The translations under genes were made by a program, and so were the position numbers. From Anthoceros angustus (Eukaryota; Plantae; Anthocerotophyta), in the NCBI GenBank assembly GCA_010909165.1, contig VJWM01000068.1:1539124-1603123 (forward strand): a stretch of 64,000 bases of DNA, written 5' to 3'. Position 1 is the stretch's first letter, and every line of letters begins with the position of its first letter. Shown one piece after another: positions 53,071 through 64,000 of this stretch. The notes below the pieces were generated by a model. The model made no database searches and was not told where the DNA came from. It saw only the letters and a list, made by a program, of their open reading frames with translations.

Positions 53071-54165
53071 TAAGTTTGAGGGCTTTTTGGGTTGGATTGT
53101 AAATTTTGTTCCCACCCAGCATCGGCGTGGACAATTGGATAGAGCAAGCTCACTACCGTCCAGATTGGCGAAGTGGAGGTCAGCAAGTGGCGCATTTCCC
53201 CTTGCATCTGCAAGTGAAGGAGGTTAGACCTAATGGGGTACTCTTTTCTTTTGGTTCTCTTGTTTCTAGCTTCTTATTTTGGGAGGTTATCAATGCTATT
53301 TTCCAATTTTGGTTTGTCCTAGAGGTGCTTCCACATCTCAGCCAGCATTTGTCTGACATGCTGGAGCTTGATGATCCGGATCCAGCTCAGGAGGACAACC
53401 ATTTGGTCATAGCAGCCTGCCTAGGAGACAACTCACCATCATTCGCGGTGTCTAACTTAGCTCGTGAGCTATTCCACGGTGCAACGCGCTTTACAACATC
53501 CCAATTGCAAAGCAATTACAACATCCCAATTGCAAAGCAATTACAACATCTAAGTTTGAGGGCTTTTTGGTTGGGTTGTAGCTAAAGGTTCCAATCTCTT
53601 TTCGGATTTTTGAGGGCGTCTCGGTGCGGGTACAACGCTTTACAACGACTGTTTACAAAACCATTTACAACATCTAAGTTTGAGGGCGTCTCGGTGCGGG
53701 TACAACGCTTTACAACATCCACTACCAAATGCAATAGTTCTAACACAATAGTCTACTGTGATAGCTATCCCAAGGGGCAACGCATTGCTGCCTTTTGCCT
53801 TTAGGAGCTACAACATCCCAATTGCAAAGCAATTACAAGTATGGGACGAGTCCGGAGTAGGGACTCACGATCCACAGCCCACCCAAGCCTCGCTTATGTC
53901 TTTGAGACTTTCGATGGGTCATGGGGCCCTAACTCACCGGGGGCAAAAGCCTTGAATACATGCCACTGTTGCTCGATACTGAGGATTTTCGCATTCTCCA
54001 TGAAGACTTGAAGGGATGCAATGTGACCACTTTTCACATCAATTTGACCAGCAAGGAGCCCATCTCGGGAGGTGCTACGTGTGGGAGGAAAACCCTAGGG
54101 CTTAGAGGCTTCCCCCTCAGGCGCAAACTTTTGCTCCGCTTTCTTTTGGGTTGGGTTTCGTCCCA

Positions 54166-55167
54166 TGAGACTTGTGTGAAAGCTCAGAGTCTTGTGGGAA
54201 ACAATCGCTACCTGCAGTGACACAACTTCTCAGCCTTCTAACAAGCAAGGCGCCCTCTACTCTCCCTCTTACAGCAGCTGCACCACTTGCACTGCTTCGA
54301 AAAATCACCAATCCTCGACCTACAACGACACAACACAATTGCAGGTCCTGCCTTAGCAGTAGGAAGTCTATCACGCCCAGGGACCCCAGTCCACACGCCG
54401 TGTCCCTACTTCTAAGACCAATCTTCTCCACTCGGGGCGCCCTTTTACTTGCAGTTGGGATTCGTCCCTACTTCTAAGACCAATCTTCTCCACTCGGGGC
54501 GCCCTTTTACTTGCAGATTTGGGATTCGTCCCTTAGGCTCTGCCTATGGCCTTCCACTAACACCTACACTCTAATCCTCTACTCATCTCCTCCTCTTCCT
54601 CCTATTCTAACCTCAGTTTGGGCTTAATGGCCTCGGCTGCCCTTCACACTGCGCACAGGTCCGCCTACACCAGCAAGTTCTTCCTTGGGCCGGTTGCTAT
54701 GAGTTTGACACCAGATAGCGAGAACCTCAGAGTCTTTCCACGTAGTCTACCCTCAAGCCGAGAGTTCCACAGGCATTGCCACACACCCAAAGCAAAGCAA
54801 TTTCCGGCAACCATTCACAAGAGCAACTCGTTTAGGCACTTGCGAGCAAGCCCTCCACCAAGCACTCAGGCCACGCGACTTCCTCTCTACCGATTGCGTT
54901 GGCTCACGGTAGGCGAGATTCCTTTACAAGGGCAAAGGACTCGCGAGTATGATACTTTACTTTGTGAAATCCTCCTCCTCTTATAGCAGGCCTTCCACAT
55001 ACAACCTCCCTCGGGTGACCCTGTTGCAGGCCACCTTTCCCAATATTTTATTATTTCCTACTGCCAGTATTTAAGACCTGGCATCTAAGTCTATTGTCTG
55101 GTTCTAGATAAACTCTATTCTAGCTACTTCACCTAAGATCATTCTTAAAGAATGTCAGTCTACATCA
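54166..55167 (-). mobile_element. LTR-like sequence (~1.0 kb, minus strand), probably gypsy-type
   Basis: Minus strand TGATGTAG...GTCTCA; purine-rich AGAAAGGATAGG immediately upstream; TATA-like CTATAAGAGG near 54977-54986; similar to 12108-13254. Confidence 0.55.
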
Positions 55168-57082
55168 CCTATCCTTTCTATTATTCCTCTCATCATTTAT
55201 GGTCTTTGACTATTGTGGACAAACGGACTCTCCTTGGGGTTAGGAAATAAGTTGGGTTTGTTTTTTTTCGTAGGTATGGAGTGTAAAATAAGGCGGAAAG
55301 GGAGGAATAAGCACGGACGGTACTCATTTGTACTCAGGCACTCCGGACTCACGGGGTAGGTGAGGACCTGGGCCCACTCGGGAGGACCTCCGGACCACGC
55401 AGGAGTGTCGGGATAAGTCGGACCCCTCCGGGTCAAAATGGGATAAATCGCAAGTAAAGTAACTTAGAAGTTGGAGCATGAGTTAGAGGCGCCACATGGA
55501 TGGTCTTGAGTGGTGAGCGGGCATCGTGAGACCGGGGCCGTGGGGTTGCAGTGGCCGTTATAGGCGGTATTCACGCTCGATGCCGCGGCGTAAGGCGAGT
55601 AAGCGGAGGCGTAAGGCGAAGTAAGCCATGGGGCCCACAGCGATTACAGACGGCGAAGAGCCGCCCTTCCGCGGCGATTACTCAAGCGGAGAAGCGGGCG
55701 GAGGTCATTCTTCAAACAACAGCGGCGATTTTCGCATTCTCTCGCGCTCAGACACCCGGCTCTCTGGCGTTGTCTTTTTTATCGCTCAGGCACCCTTCCG
55801 CGCGGTTTGACTTGGCAGAAAGTGGCGGCGAGGCGAGAGATTGTGGAGCCTCACGTTTCGACAGCGGAACGGAAGGAGTGTGGGGATGGGACCCAAGAAA
55901 GCGGCGGAGGTGTGGAGCCATGGCGCTGGTGGGCTGCATCGTCCCAAGCGCTACTCCGTTTCAGGTAGTGGGTGGAGGCGGGGTGCTGGACATTTTCCGG
56001 GCCGTCTAGACCTTGACAGCGTCACCTAGTCAGAATGCGCTTGGGAAGATGTTGGCGGCCAGCGAGGTCCGATCAGAATGCGGGAGGACCCTAGGAGGTG
56101 GAGGTCTGAGGCGGTTTACAACCCGCCCGGTGGAGTAGGGGTAATGCGGAACCCACGAAGGTGAAGGGAAGGTGGAAGCGGCGGAGGCGGCCCTTTTGCG
56201 ACCGAGGGGCGGCGATCCTCCAGCGGGTGGGCGATGTCGGACCTCACGGGCGGAGGTCGATCGATGGCGAAGATTATAAATCCCTTTGGAACATCTTGAC
56301 CAAGGTGGACCACCTTGGAGACAATTTGCTGGTGTTCCTCCACGACCTCCGGAAGAAGCGCCAAACTAGGCGAGAATAATTTTGCCGGATCAGCGAGGCT
56401 GCAGGCGAGGTGCGAAGCCACCTCCATCGGCGTTATCGCCGTTCTTGATCCATGTGGGGGCGAACCTTACGAAGGAGGGTGAGGAGGCGACCTCCGGAAA
56501 GGGTTGGCGCCCTCTGGGAGGCGGAAGGAAGATGCGGAAGCGGAGGCGGCCGGTCAGAGCAAGAGGTCGGGAGGAGGCGGGAGGATTCCAGACTCCATAC
56601 GTTTGGAGGCGGACCCCTCGCCACCTAGGGAAGTGTGGGAGGACATCCACTTCTCTCCTCTTAGTGCCGGCGCGGCCAGGAAGATGTTGGCGGCCAGGAG
56701 GCAGGCGGAGAAGGAGTTGGTGGCTCCGGCTCAAGCGACCAGCACGGCCTGACGGCAGTGCTGAGCCCCGGCCGGACTCGTCGGGAACGGCGGAAGGCGG
56801 TGCGCGCCAGCGCGGCCGGGGCCGGCGCCGTGCCCCTGCCAGCGGAGTGGCAAGCGGAGGCGTCTGAAGGCGGAAAGGGGCTGGGAGGCGGGAGGCCAGC
56901 GGCCCACGAGCTGTCTGTCCCCAGCAAGGAGGCAAAGGGGCAGCTCCGGACCCTTCACCACCTCAGGAGCCCCGGAGGAGACGGGCGGAGAAGGAGTTAG
57001 CGGCCAAGAGGGCCAAGGAAGGTGAGGCTCCGGACCACAGCACTCAGGACCTGAGGGTCCTGATTAGGTCCGGAGAGCCCAG

Positions 57083-57237
57083 TGTTAAACTCCATAGTTT
57101 ATTATAGTAACCACGGTCACTGGGTTACTTAAACTAGGGTTAAATACATTACTTAGGGTTTAGTATTTAAGACCAACTCTTTGTAATCATTATTATTCAT
57201 TATTCAAGTTTGTTGTTCTCTCTAAGCAATATTGTCA
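57083..57237 (+). repeat. Copia-B 5' LTR (155 bp; left edge inferred)
   Basis: AT-rich TGTTAAAC...TTGTCA at a sharp GC-to-AT transition, directly followed by the PBS; second LTR not in window. Confidence 0.7.
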
Positions 57238-57249
57238 TGGTATCAGAGC
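57238..57249 (+). promoter_or_regulatory. Primer binding site, tRNA-iMet
   Basis: TGGTATCAGAGC. Confidence 0.92.
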
Positions 57250-57409
57250 AAGGTATCATCTATCTTCATTCTTGAAGAGACATGCGACGGATTACTCGGT
57301 GGAAAATGACTCGCGCAATAGGAATCGGTGCACATGGGGAGCTTCTTTAATCTCATCACTAATAGCTATATCGAGAGGGATCGTCTAGGGCAGCAGCCCG
57401 CTATCACGA

Positions 57410-58690
57410 TCATCTTCATTCAGCAGAACTCACCTTCGGTCACATGTTCCACGGCGCCAATCCCAGCCACTACCTCCAGTTACCCTGCAGACAGGGTTTA
57501 GGGTATCACAGGATAGAAGGAATTCTGAACATCGAGGGCGTGAGCAACCTTACCCAAGGCAATCAAGCGGAGGAAGCCTCGCGGCGATTTTTGTAGTGAG
57601 GTCTGAGCCGAACCCGTTGTTACCTTAGGAGATTTGCAAGTGATGTTGTTTTCCACACAACTCGCAATCGAGCACTTACGGGATGATTTTCACGGAAATC
57701 ACGAATTAAGCAATTGGATGCCCTGGTGAAGCAGTTCAGCGAGAATCTGGAATTGAGCGATGGCCCCATAGTTGATGGGCATCGCCATACGATCTTAATG
57801 AATTTTAGCGGGCATTGCCGGCCTCCTGCAGCATTTTCGATAAATTTGCCAAAGGGGGAGATTCCAAGAGTCGTGAGCTAGAAATTGAAAGGACACCAAT
57901 CAAGTTGGAAAAGGCATTTTAGTGAAGGGTTTGGTATTAATTAATTAATTGGTAATTAATTAATTGTTTAATTAGGCCGAAGGCGATGGGTCACACCTAA
58001 TTGCCACTCCATACCAACTCACTGGTACACTTTCATCTTCATTAACGCCGAACTCTGCTCGGTCATGTTCCGCAGTGTTCACGGCCTACACCTCAGTTAC
58101 CACGCCATCTGGGGCAGGGTTTAGGGTATCACGGGATAGAAGGAATTCTACAAACATCGGAGGCGAGGCAACCTTACGCCAAGGCAATCAGCCCGGCCGC
58201 GGCGATTTTTGTAGTGAGGTCTGAGCCGAACCCGTTGTTACCTTAGGAGATTTGCAAGTGTGTTTGACACACAACTCGCAATCGAGCACTTACGGACATT
58301 TCACGAAATCATGGCATTAAACGACAATTGGATGCCACGGTGAAGCGATTCGGAGAATACGGAATTGAGCGATGGCCCCATAGTTGATGGGCATCGCCAT
58401 ACGATCTTATGTGAATTTTAGCGGGCATTGCGGCCTCCATGACAATTTTCTGATAAATTTGCCAAAAGGGACGGGAGATTCCAAGAGTCGTGAGCTAGAA
58501 ATTGAAAGGACACCAATCAAGTTGGAAAAGGCATTTTGAGCAGAAGGTTTAATTATTAATTAATTAATTGGTAATTAATTAATTGTTTAATTAAAACCGA
58601 AGTGATGGGTCACACCTAATTGCCACTATAGTGATGGGTCACCTAATTGCCACTCCATTATCACCAACTCAGGTGCCCTTTCATCTTCTA
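57410..58690 (+). repeat. Tandem duplication (~620-650 bp x2) in the Copia-B leader
   Basis: ~57410-58030 matches ~58031-58690 (CAGGGTTTAGGGTATCAC, GAGCCGAACCCGTTGTTACC, ATTAATTAATTAATTGG in both). Confidence 0.88.
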
Positions 58691-60200
58691 CATGACCGTC
58701 AGTGACCGTTCACTTCAACTTCTTTGAGGCGGGGCTCGTCCGCAGGAGCCTGACCGCGTCGGTGGAGGCGGGGTGCACAGGCTAAGCTTTGATCTTTGCC
58801 CAAGGATTATTTTATGCACACAAAGCAGGATTGTATGCGAGATTAAGCGAGGATCGCCAATTTGTGAAGAATGACAGGCTTCCATTCCGTGCACATCACA
58901 TCACGCGCCACAGCGGAGCTCACGGCAGATTTTACGGCGCCGGTAGCGGCGAGCTCACGGCTCGCACTGACGGGGATCGGCCCGGATATTGTGGCCAATT
59001 TCACCCCATGGCGCTTGCGTCTCACGGCGAGACCATCCCCATCGATCGAGCACGGGCAGCCACACGACCTCCCGGCGCCACGAGGATTGGATCTAGGTTT
59101 CATCACGGCGGGATCTCACGCGGATCGCGCCGGCGGTACGGCCTTGAGAGAGCAGTCGAAGGCTCGAGCCAGCCCTGGCAGGAGGGGAGTCTTGCTTGCG
59201 CATCCAGGTTCATTTCCTGACCCGTGCAGCCACCGCACCACATAGGGTTCTCGATCGTCCCGCCGGTCGCCCGGCTCCAGCCAGCCCTCGTGCTCACAGG
59301 ATCGAGCGCCACGGCGCATCGATCTGCTGACCCTCGTACTCGGGGATCGAGGCGCCGCAGCGCACATCGGGATCGACGCCGCCCCTGCGCACGGCCCGGA
59401 TCATTGCAGCCCGGGATCGATCGCCGCGGAGGGAGGATCGGCCGGTTCTCTTGCGTCTCGGCTGCTGAGGCGCTAGAAATTCCCTTTACACACTTTACAC
59501 CATTTCACACTTCTATCTCGTACAACCCGTGAACACATCATGGCTGGAAATTCGAGGGCAGAGTTTGGATAACTGAGACATTAGCGCTCACGAATTTGAC
59601 GGGGACATACTACGGATGCGGGCGCCCTCTCCGAGGAGTTCTTGGTCGGCACTGGTTCTCCTGGAACCCGCTTTTGGTCGGACAGCATTGGCTCTTTCTT
59701 CACAAAACCGCGATCAACATCGGGATGGATCCCAGCGAGACAATTTTCCTAATTTTGCACACGGACCTTTCTCAGCAGTCGATCAAGGCCACAGATCGAA
59801 CTTTACCTTCACCGAGGTTTGGAGGCGAGATTTTCTTCAAGACAAGCATCGAGTTCAACCTACCCGGGTTTCCCTCAAGCGCAGTATTACAGCCTGCCAA
59901 CCCCTGAGGTTGGAATTGGGAATCCTCGCCTTCTACAGGAGGCGGATTCGCCCACTGAAATGGCGTTTGGGCTGGATTTGGGAATCCGTGAGTGGATCTG
60001 GGAACCGGCTTGGACAAGGCAGGGCTGCGAGGACCTTCGCTATCACAGCTGGTCAGTCTGGCTCACACATCCTGTCTGAGCCACATAGCTTATCGACCTT
60101 CTTACACAATTGAGTTCAAGGAGCGGGATAGGTTTAACGAGAATAAATATCCCGTCTGGAGTGTTCGCATGCGTGCTGCACTAGATGCACCAGATGTGGG

Positions 60201-61025
60201 GTGGTGTGGACGATCCGGTCCACCGCAGCCATCGCCTCTCCACAAATTGATCAGGAGAGATGGGAGAATGCCAACAACGTAACCCGAGCCCTCATCATTA
60301 GTGGGCTTGATGAAGTGTTAGTGCCAGACGTCGCTTTCCTTACCAAGGCCGAGGACATCTGGACACAGCTTGCACAAACATACGATGTGAAGAATGTACT
60401 CACCTTATGTGCTGTCAGAAGTGAGCTGTTTACTCTTCGCATGCGTGATGGTGATAAAGTTGCTGCTTTTGTTGGAAAATTCAGGCAACTTAGAGCTACT
60501 TTGATTTCACTTGGTTTTCCCATGCCTGAGCTTGATGCTGTAGTACAGCTTTTGACCAGCCTTCCCACCAGCTATCAGTCTTTTGTCACTAGCTATGGTG
60601 CCACACTTCGTGATGCTAGTAGAGCTGCAGCAGCCGGTCAGCCAGTGATGATTAGCTTTGCGGATGTAGTTGGAGCCGTCCTTCAGGAAGAGCAGTCTCG
60701 CAACACATCGCACTTTAATTCTGGCAGGACCAAAGCTGACAAGGTTCTCTCTACATCCAAGTTCCGCCCCAAAGGCCGCGGCAAGCTTTCTGCAGCTGGC
60801 CCTTCTAAGGATTCCAAGTCAGGACAGGTCAAGAGGACAGGTGCCTGCAATTGGTGCGGATCCCTTGGTCATTGGGAACGAGAGTGTAGAAAGAAAAAGG
60901 TCGGAGAACCTAAGAAAGCCGAGAAGACTCCTCAGGCTCACTCAGTCTCCAAGCCTTCTAAGGCCAGCACATCTGGCAAGCCTCCCGTTGTTATGATAAG
61001 CTTTCCTTTCGCCTGTGTTAGATGA
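60201..61025 (+). CDS. gag: Copia-B Gag (N-terminus continues in another frame from ~60080)
   Basis: EDIWTQLAQTY, LRMRDGDKV, LLTSLPTSYQSFV, Zn knuckle CNWCGSLGHWEREC; upstream FKERDRF..KYPVWSVRMRAAL. Confidence 0.88.
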   Translation: MVWTIRSTAAIASPQIDQERWENANNVTRALIISGLDEVLVPDVAFLTKAEDIWTQLAQTYDVKNVLTLCAVRSELFTLRMRDGDKVAAFVGKFRQLRATLISLGFPMPELDAVVQLLTSLPTSYQSFVTSYGATLRDASRAAAAGQPVMISFADVVGAVLQEEQSRNTSHFNSGRTKADKVLSTSKFRPKGRGKLSAAGPSKDSKSGQVKRTGACNWCGSLGHWERECRKKKVGEPKKAEKTPQAHSVSKPSKASTSGKPPVVMISFPFACVR

Positions 61026-62583
61026 GGTACTTGATTCCGAACATACACACGCCTGGTCCACAATAGACTCGATGAGCAATTTTGTCTCATTGCACACTGC
61101 TGAACGGGTACTTTTGGGAGATGAGATTCCTAGAACAGGGACTCAAGATTCTTGGGCCGGATCCTCGCCATTTTCAGCCATTTGATGGAGAGCTCCTTCG
61201 CATTGACAACGTCCTCTATGTGCCTGATATGGCCAAGCACCTTTTGTCAAGAAGTAGCCCATGCGTACTAAACGTTTTCAGCTAACTTTTACTCGGCGGT
61301 ACTGCAGATGCTCACCACCTCCTGGTCCTTCACCTTCCACAGTTGCTAAGGGCTGCTAGAGCATGATTTATATAGGCTAGATATATTTTTGTACCTACCA
61401 AGAGTGCGTGTGGTGAGAGGTCTCGCCTTTAGCTCGATTGTGGCATGCCCGCTTACACCATGCTAACAAGGATAAACTCATAAAATGTCCAACTTAGAAT
61501 GTTATAGAGAACCACTACCTAAGTGTTTTAAGGACCCTCCCATATGTGATTCTTGCATATTAGCCAAGCAGAAAGAACTCCCGTTTCCAACCACTGTAGC
61601 TACACGGACCACATCAGTCCTAGACCTAGTTCATGCAGATATCTCTGGAAAAATACATGTTCCTTCTTTAGGTGGTTCCCTCTATTACCTCACCCTTACT
61701 GATGATTTTAGCCGCTACTCCTGGACCTTTCCCATGAAAAAGAAGTCGGACACCTTTGCCTATTTTCAGGAATGGCTTACCATGGTTCAGACAGACCGCG
61801 CCTCTCGATGCTTGAGGTATGGAGTGCTCCGTATGGAGTTTGTGAATGGCCCTTTTGATGAGTACTTATCGGACAAGGGATCATTCGAATCGAAAAGATT
61901 CTGGTGACACCCAAGAAGCAACAAAACTGCCGGGGTGCCGAAACTAAACTTTGCTCAAAGGCATGACTCGGAGTATGCTAGCTTGGTCCAGCTTAGTAAG
62001 GCGATTAGCGAGGCAGTTGTGATTGCCACCTACATCCTCAGCAGTTGCTTACCACTGTTCTGATTGTACACCTTTTGAACGGATCTGGAAGCATAAGCCC
62101 GGCTTGCTCCATCTCGTGTGTTCGCCTCGTGACATGCATATCCATGAGGAGCAGAGGAAGAAGGCGGAAGATCGAGCTCGACCCCTTATTTTTGTTGGAT
62201 ATGGTGAGGAGACGAAGTTGTATGACCCCTCCACCAGATCCTCAGTCTTTGCTCGGAGCATCACTTTCAAGGAGCTCACTCACCCAGCTACGACATCTTC
62301 TCTTGCTTCTGCCCCTGCTCCTCACTTCGATGTTGCGGTTTTGATGCCTCCCAGAGTATCCTCAATATGTCATGGCGAACCGCCACCTCGCCCTCGTTTT
62401 GATCAACTGTGCGCTAGCACTTGGGGTGGAATTTTGATATGTGTAGTTCCGCAGGCTCCGGCCGCATCACAGACCTCAGGATTTTCCCCGAGCGCTGGAT
62501 GCGAATCGAAAGCTGATGACCCGTAACTGCAAGGCCACAGATATGGACATCCATCCAAATGTTCCCGACCAGCTCGAAGATGA
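61021..62583 (+). pseudogene. pol: Copia-B protease / GAG-pre-integrase / integrase (frameshifted)
   Basis: LDS; NVLYVPDMAKHLLS; LWHARLHH; CDSCILAKQ; LVHADISGK; TDDFSRYSWTF; IFVGY. Confidence 0.88.
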
Positions 62584-62824
62584 ACAAAACGGCATCAGCT
62601 CTATATCATCCGGAGGCCTACATACTTGGCAAGCGGAGGGACCCAATCGCTGGTAACAATAGTTGGGTCCAGGTTTGGGAGGTGATAGACCGCAAATTCT
62701 TCATGTTGTCGATCGTCGGCGCCCATCACCTCGTAGCAAGAGTACCCCATTAGGTCTAACCTCCTTCACTTGCAAAGATGCGTTGGTCCGCTAGCGTGTG
62801 TGTCAAGGTATCTCTGCTTGACAT
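62584..62824 (-). repeat. Inverted fragment of the gypsy-integrase/PHD array module
   Basis: Reverse complement of ...GGAGGTTAGACCTAATGGGGTACTC...GTAGGCCTCCGGATGAT...GATGCCGTTTTGT. Confidence 0.88.
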
Positions 62825-62875
62825 AGTGCTAACACGAGGGCTTGGCGACTTTGGAGACCGAGGTGGCCGAATGGT

Positions 62876-63574
62876 ATGGAGTTTGTGAATGGCCCTTTTG
62901 ATGAGTACTTATCTGGACAAGGGATCATTCGGCAACTGAGCATTCCGTACACTCAGCAACAAAACGGTGTTGCTGAGTGCCGAAACCAAACTTTGCTCAG
63001 CATGACTCGGAGTATGCTAGCTTGGTCTGGCTTGAGTAAGGCGTATTGGGCAGAGGCAGTTGTGATTGCCACCTACATCCTCAACAGGTTGCTTACCACA
63101 GCTGTTCCTGGTTGTACACCTTTTGAACGGATCTGGAAACGCAAGCCCAGCTTGCTCCATCTCCGTGTGTTCGGCTCCCCTGCATATGCCTATATCCATG
63201 AGGAACAGAGGAAGAAGCTGGAAGATCGAGCTCGACCCCTTATTTTTGTTGGATATGGTGAGGAGACGAAGTTGTATGACCCCTCCACCAGATCCTCAGT
63301 CTTTGCTCGGAGCATCACTTTCAAGGAGCTCACTCACCCAGCTACGACATCTTCTCTTGCTTCTGCCCCTGCTCCTCACTTCGATGTTGCGGATTTTGAT
63401 GCCCCTCCCACAGAGTATCCTCAATATGCTGCTTATGAACCGCCACCTCGCCCTCGTTTTGATCAACAGGCAGCTAGCACTTCAGGGGGTGGAATTCGCA
63501 TATGCGAGTTCGCAGCTCCGCATCACAGACTCTGTTGTGGATTTTCGGCGTGGATCACGAGAACAGCGGGATGA
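62876..63574 (+). CDS. pol: Second, cleaner copy of the Copia-B integrase core / C-terminus
   Basis: PYTQQQNGVAECRNQTL, YWAEAV, YILNR, TPFE, HLRVFGSPAY, IFVGY; duplicates 61831-62583. Confidence 0.85.
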   Translation: MEFVNGPFDEYLSGQGIIRQLSIPYTQQQNGVAECRNQTLLSMTRSMLAWSGLSKAYWAEAVVIATYILNRLLTTAVPGCTPFERIWKRKPSLLHLRVFGSPAYAYIHEEQRKKLEDRARPLIFVGYGEETKLYDPSTRSSVFARSITFKELTHPATTSSLASAPAPHFDVADFDAPPTEYPQYAAYEPPPRPRFDQQAASTSGGGIRICEFAAPHHRLCCGFSAWITRTAG

Positions 63575-64000
63575 CAGACGGTGGCCTGACATATGGACAT
63601 CCATCCAAATGTTCCCGACCAGCTCGAAGATGAACAAAACGGCATCATCTGTATCATCCGGAGGCCTAATCCTACCAAAAGGCACTTACAAGGGTAGGCA
63701 CTATGGCGGCCGAGGGAATTCATCTCGGAGGAGGGACAAGAAGAAGGGAGACAAGCCCGAGGGAAAACATGGAGCCACCTAAGTCCACGGTGGTGTGAAG
63801 AGGTAGTAGGTGAACCTCCTACTAATGGAACAAATGAGAGGAAAACCTCCCCACTGATGGACTAGTAGAGGAGCACTCTACCAGACTGAGGGGAGATAGT
63901 CTCTTCCCAAGAGCAGCCTTACCTAAGGAACGGCCGAGGTAGGAGGCGACACAGGGCAGTTAGATGGCGGTCCGAGTCGGGAGGAGGTGGCGATCGTCAA

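Larger units (their letters stand above)
48877..54160. other. Shattered mosaic of array modules and short unique fragments
   Basis: Pieces of tens to a few hundred bp; local duplications ~50050-50166 / 50760-50877 and ~50537-50681 / 51240-51382. Confidence 0.7.
57083..63633 (+). mobile_element. 3'-truncated Ty1/copia element (Copia-B)
   Basis: LTR plus perfect PBS, gag, PR remnant, GAG-pre-integrase and integrase; no RT seen. Confidence 0.9.

Noticed and set aside
58789-60113. Protein-coding ORFs in the Copia-B leader
   Set aside because: Overlapping Arg/Gly/Pro-rich frames on both strands, as expected from high GC; no domain recognised
63669-64000. Continuation of Copia-B RT
   Set aside because: No RT motifs; purine-rich sequence of unknown origin, too short to call

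Overview
Eukaryotic, plant-like, transposon-saturated window with no recognisable host gene. (1) 969-8594 is a full-length Ty1/copia element with near-identical ~250 bp LTRs, a 5-bp TSD (GCTCA), a tRNA-iMet-type PBS and non-canonical TA...AA termini. Its 5' LTR is interrupted by a 5'-truncated non-LTR retrotransposon that looks CRE-like (restriction-like endonuclease), flanked by an 11-bp TSD. (2) ~1-48900 is a head-to-tail macro-array, core unit ~4.5-5.5 kb, about six full copies plus partials, built mostly from TE scraps: a CCC...GGG TIR element, a Ty3/gypsy integrase C-terminus with a PHD finger, 17-30 bp GC-rich oligomer arrays, two back-to-back copia RNase H tails and a T/G-rich ~61 bp minisatellite. 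Modules are reshuffled at 8-14 bp microhomologies. (3) ~48900-54160 is a shattered mosaic of the same modules and unique fragments. (4) Two related ~1 kb minus-strand LTR-like sequences lie at ~12.1-13.25 kb and 54.17-55.17 kb. (5) From 57083 a second, related copia has a 155 bp LTR, a perfect iMet PBS, a ~2.8 kb leader, gag and a duplicated integrase; it is truncated before RT and fused to an inverted PHD module. Dense indels in apparently young elements suggest low consensus accuracy, so frameshifts and part of the mosaic structure may be sequencing or assembly artefacts. All family assignments are by-eye motif recognition; no database search was run.
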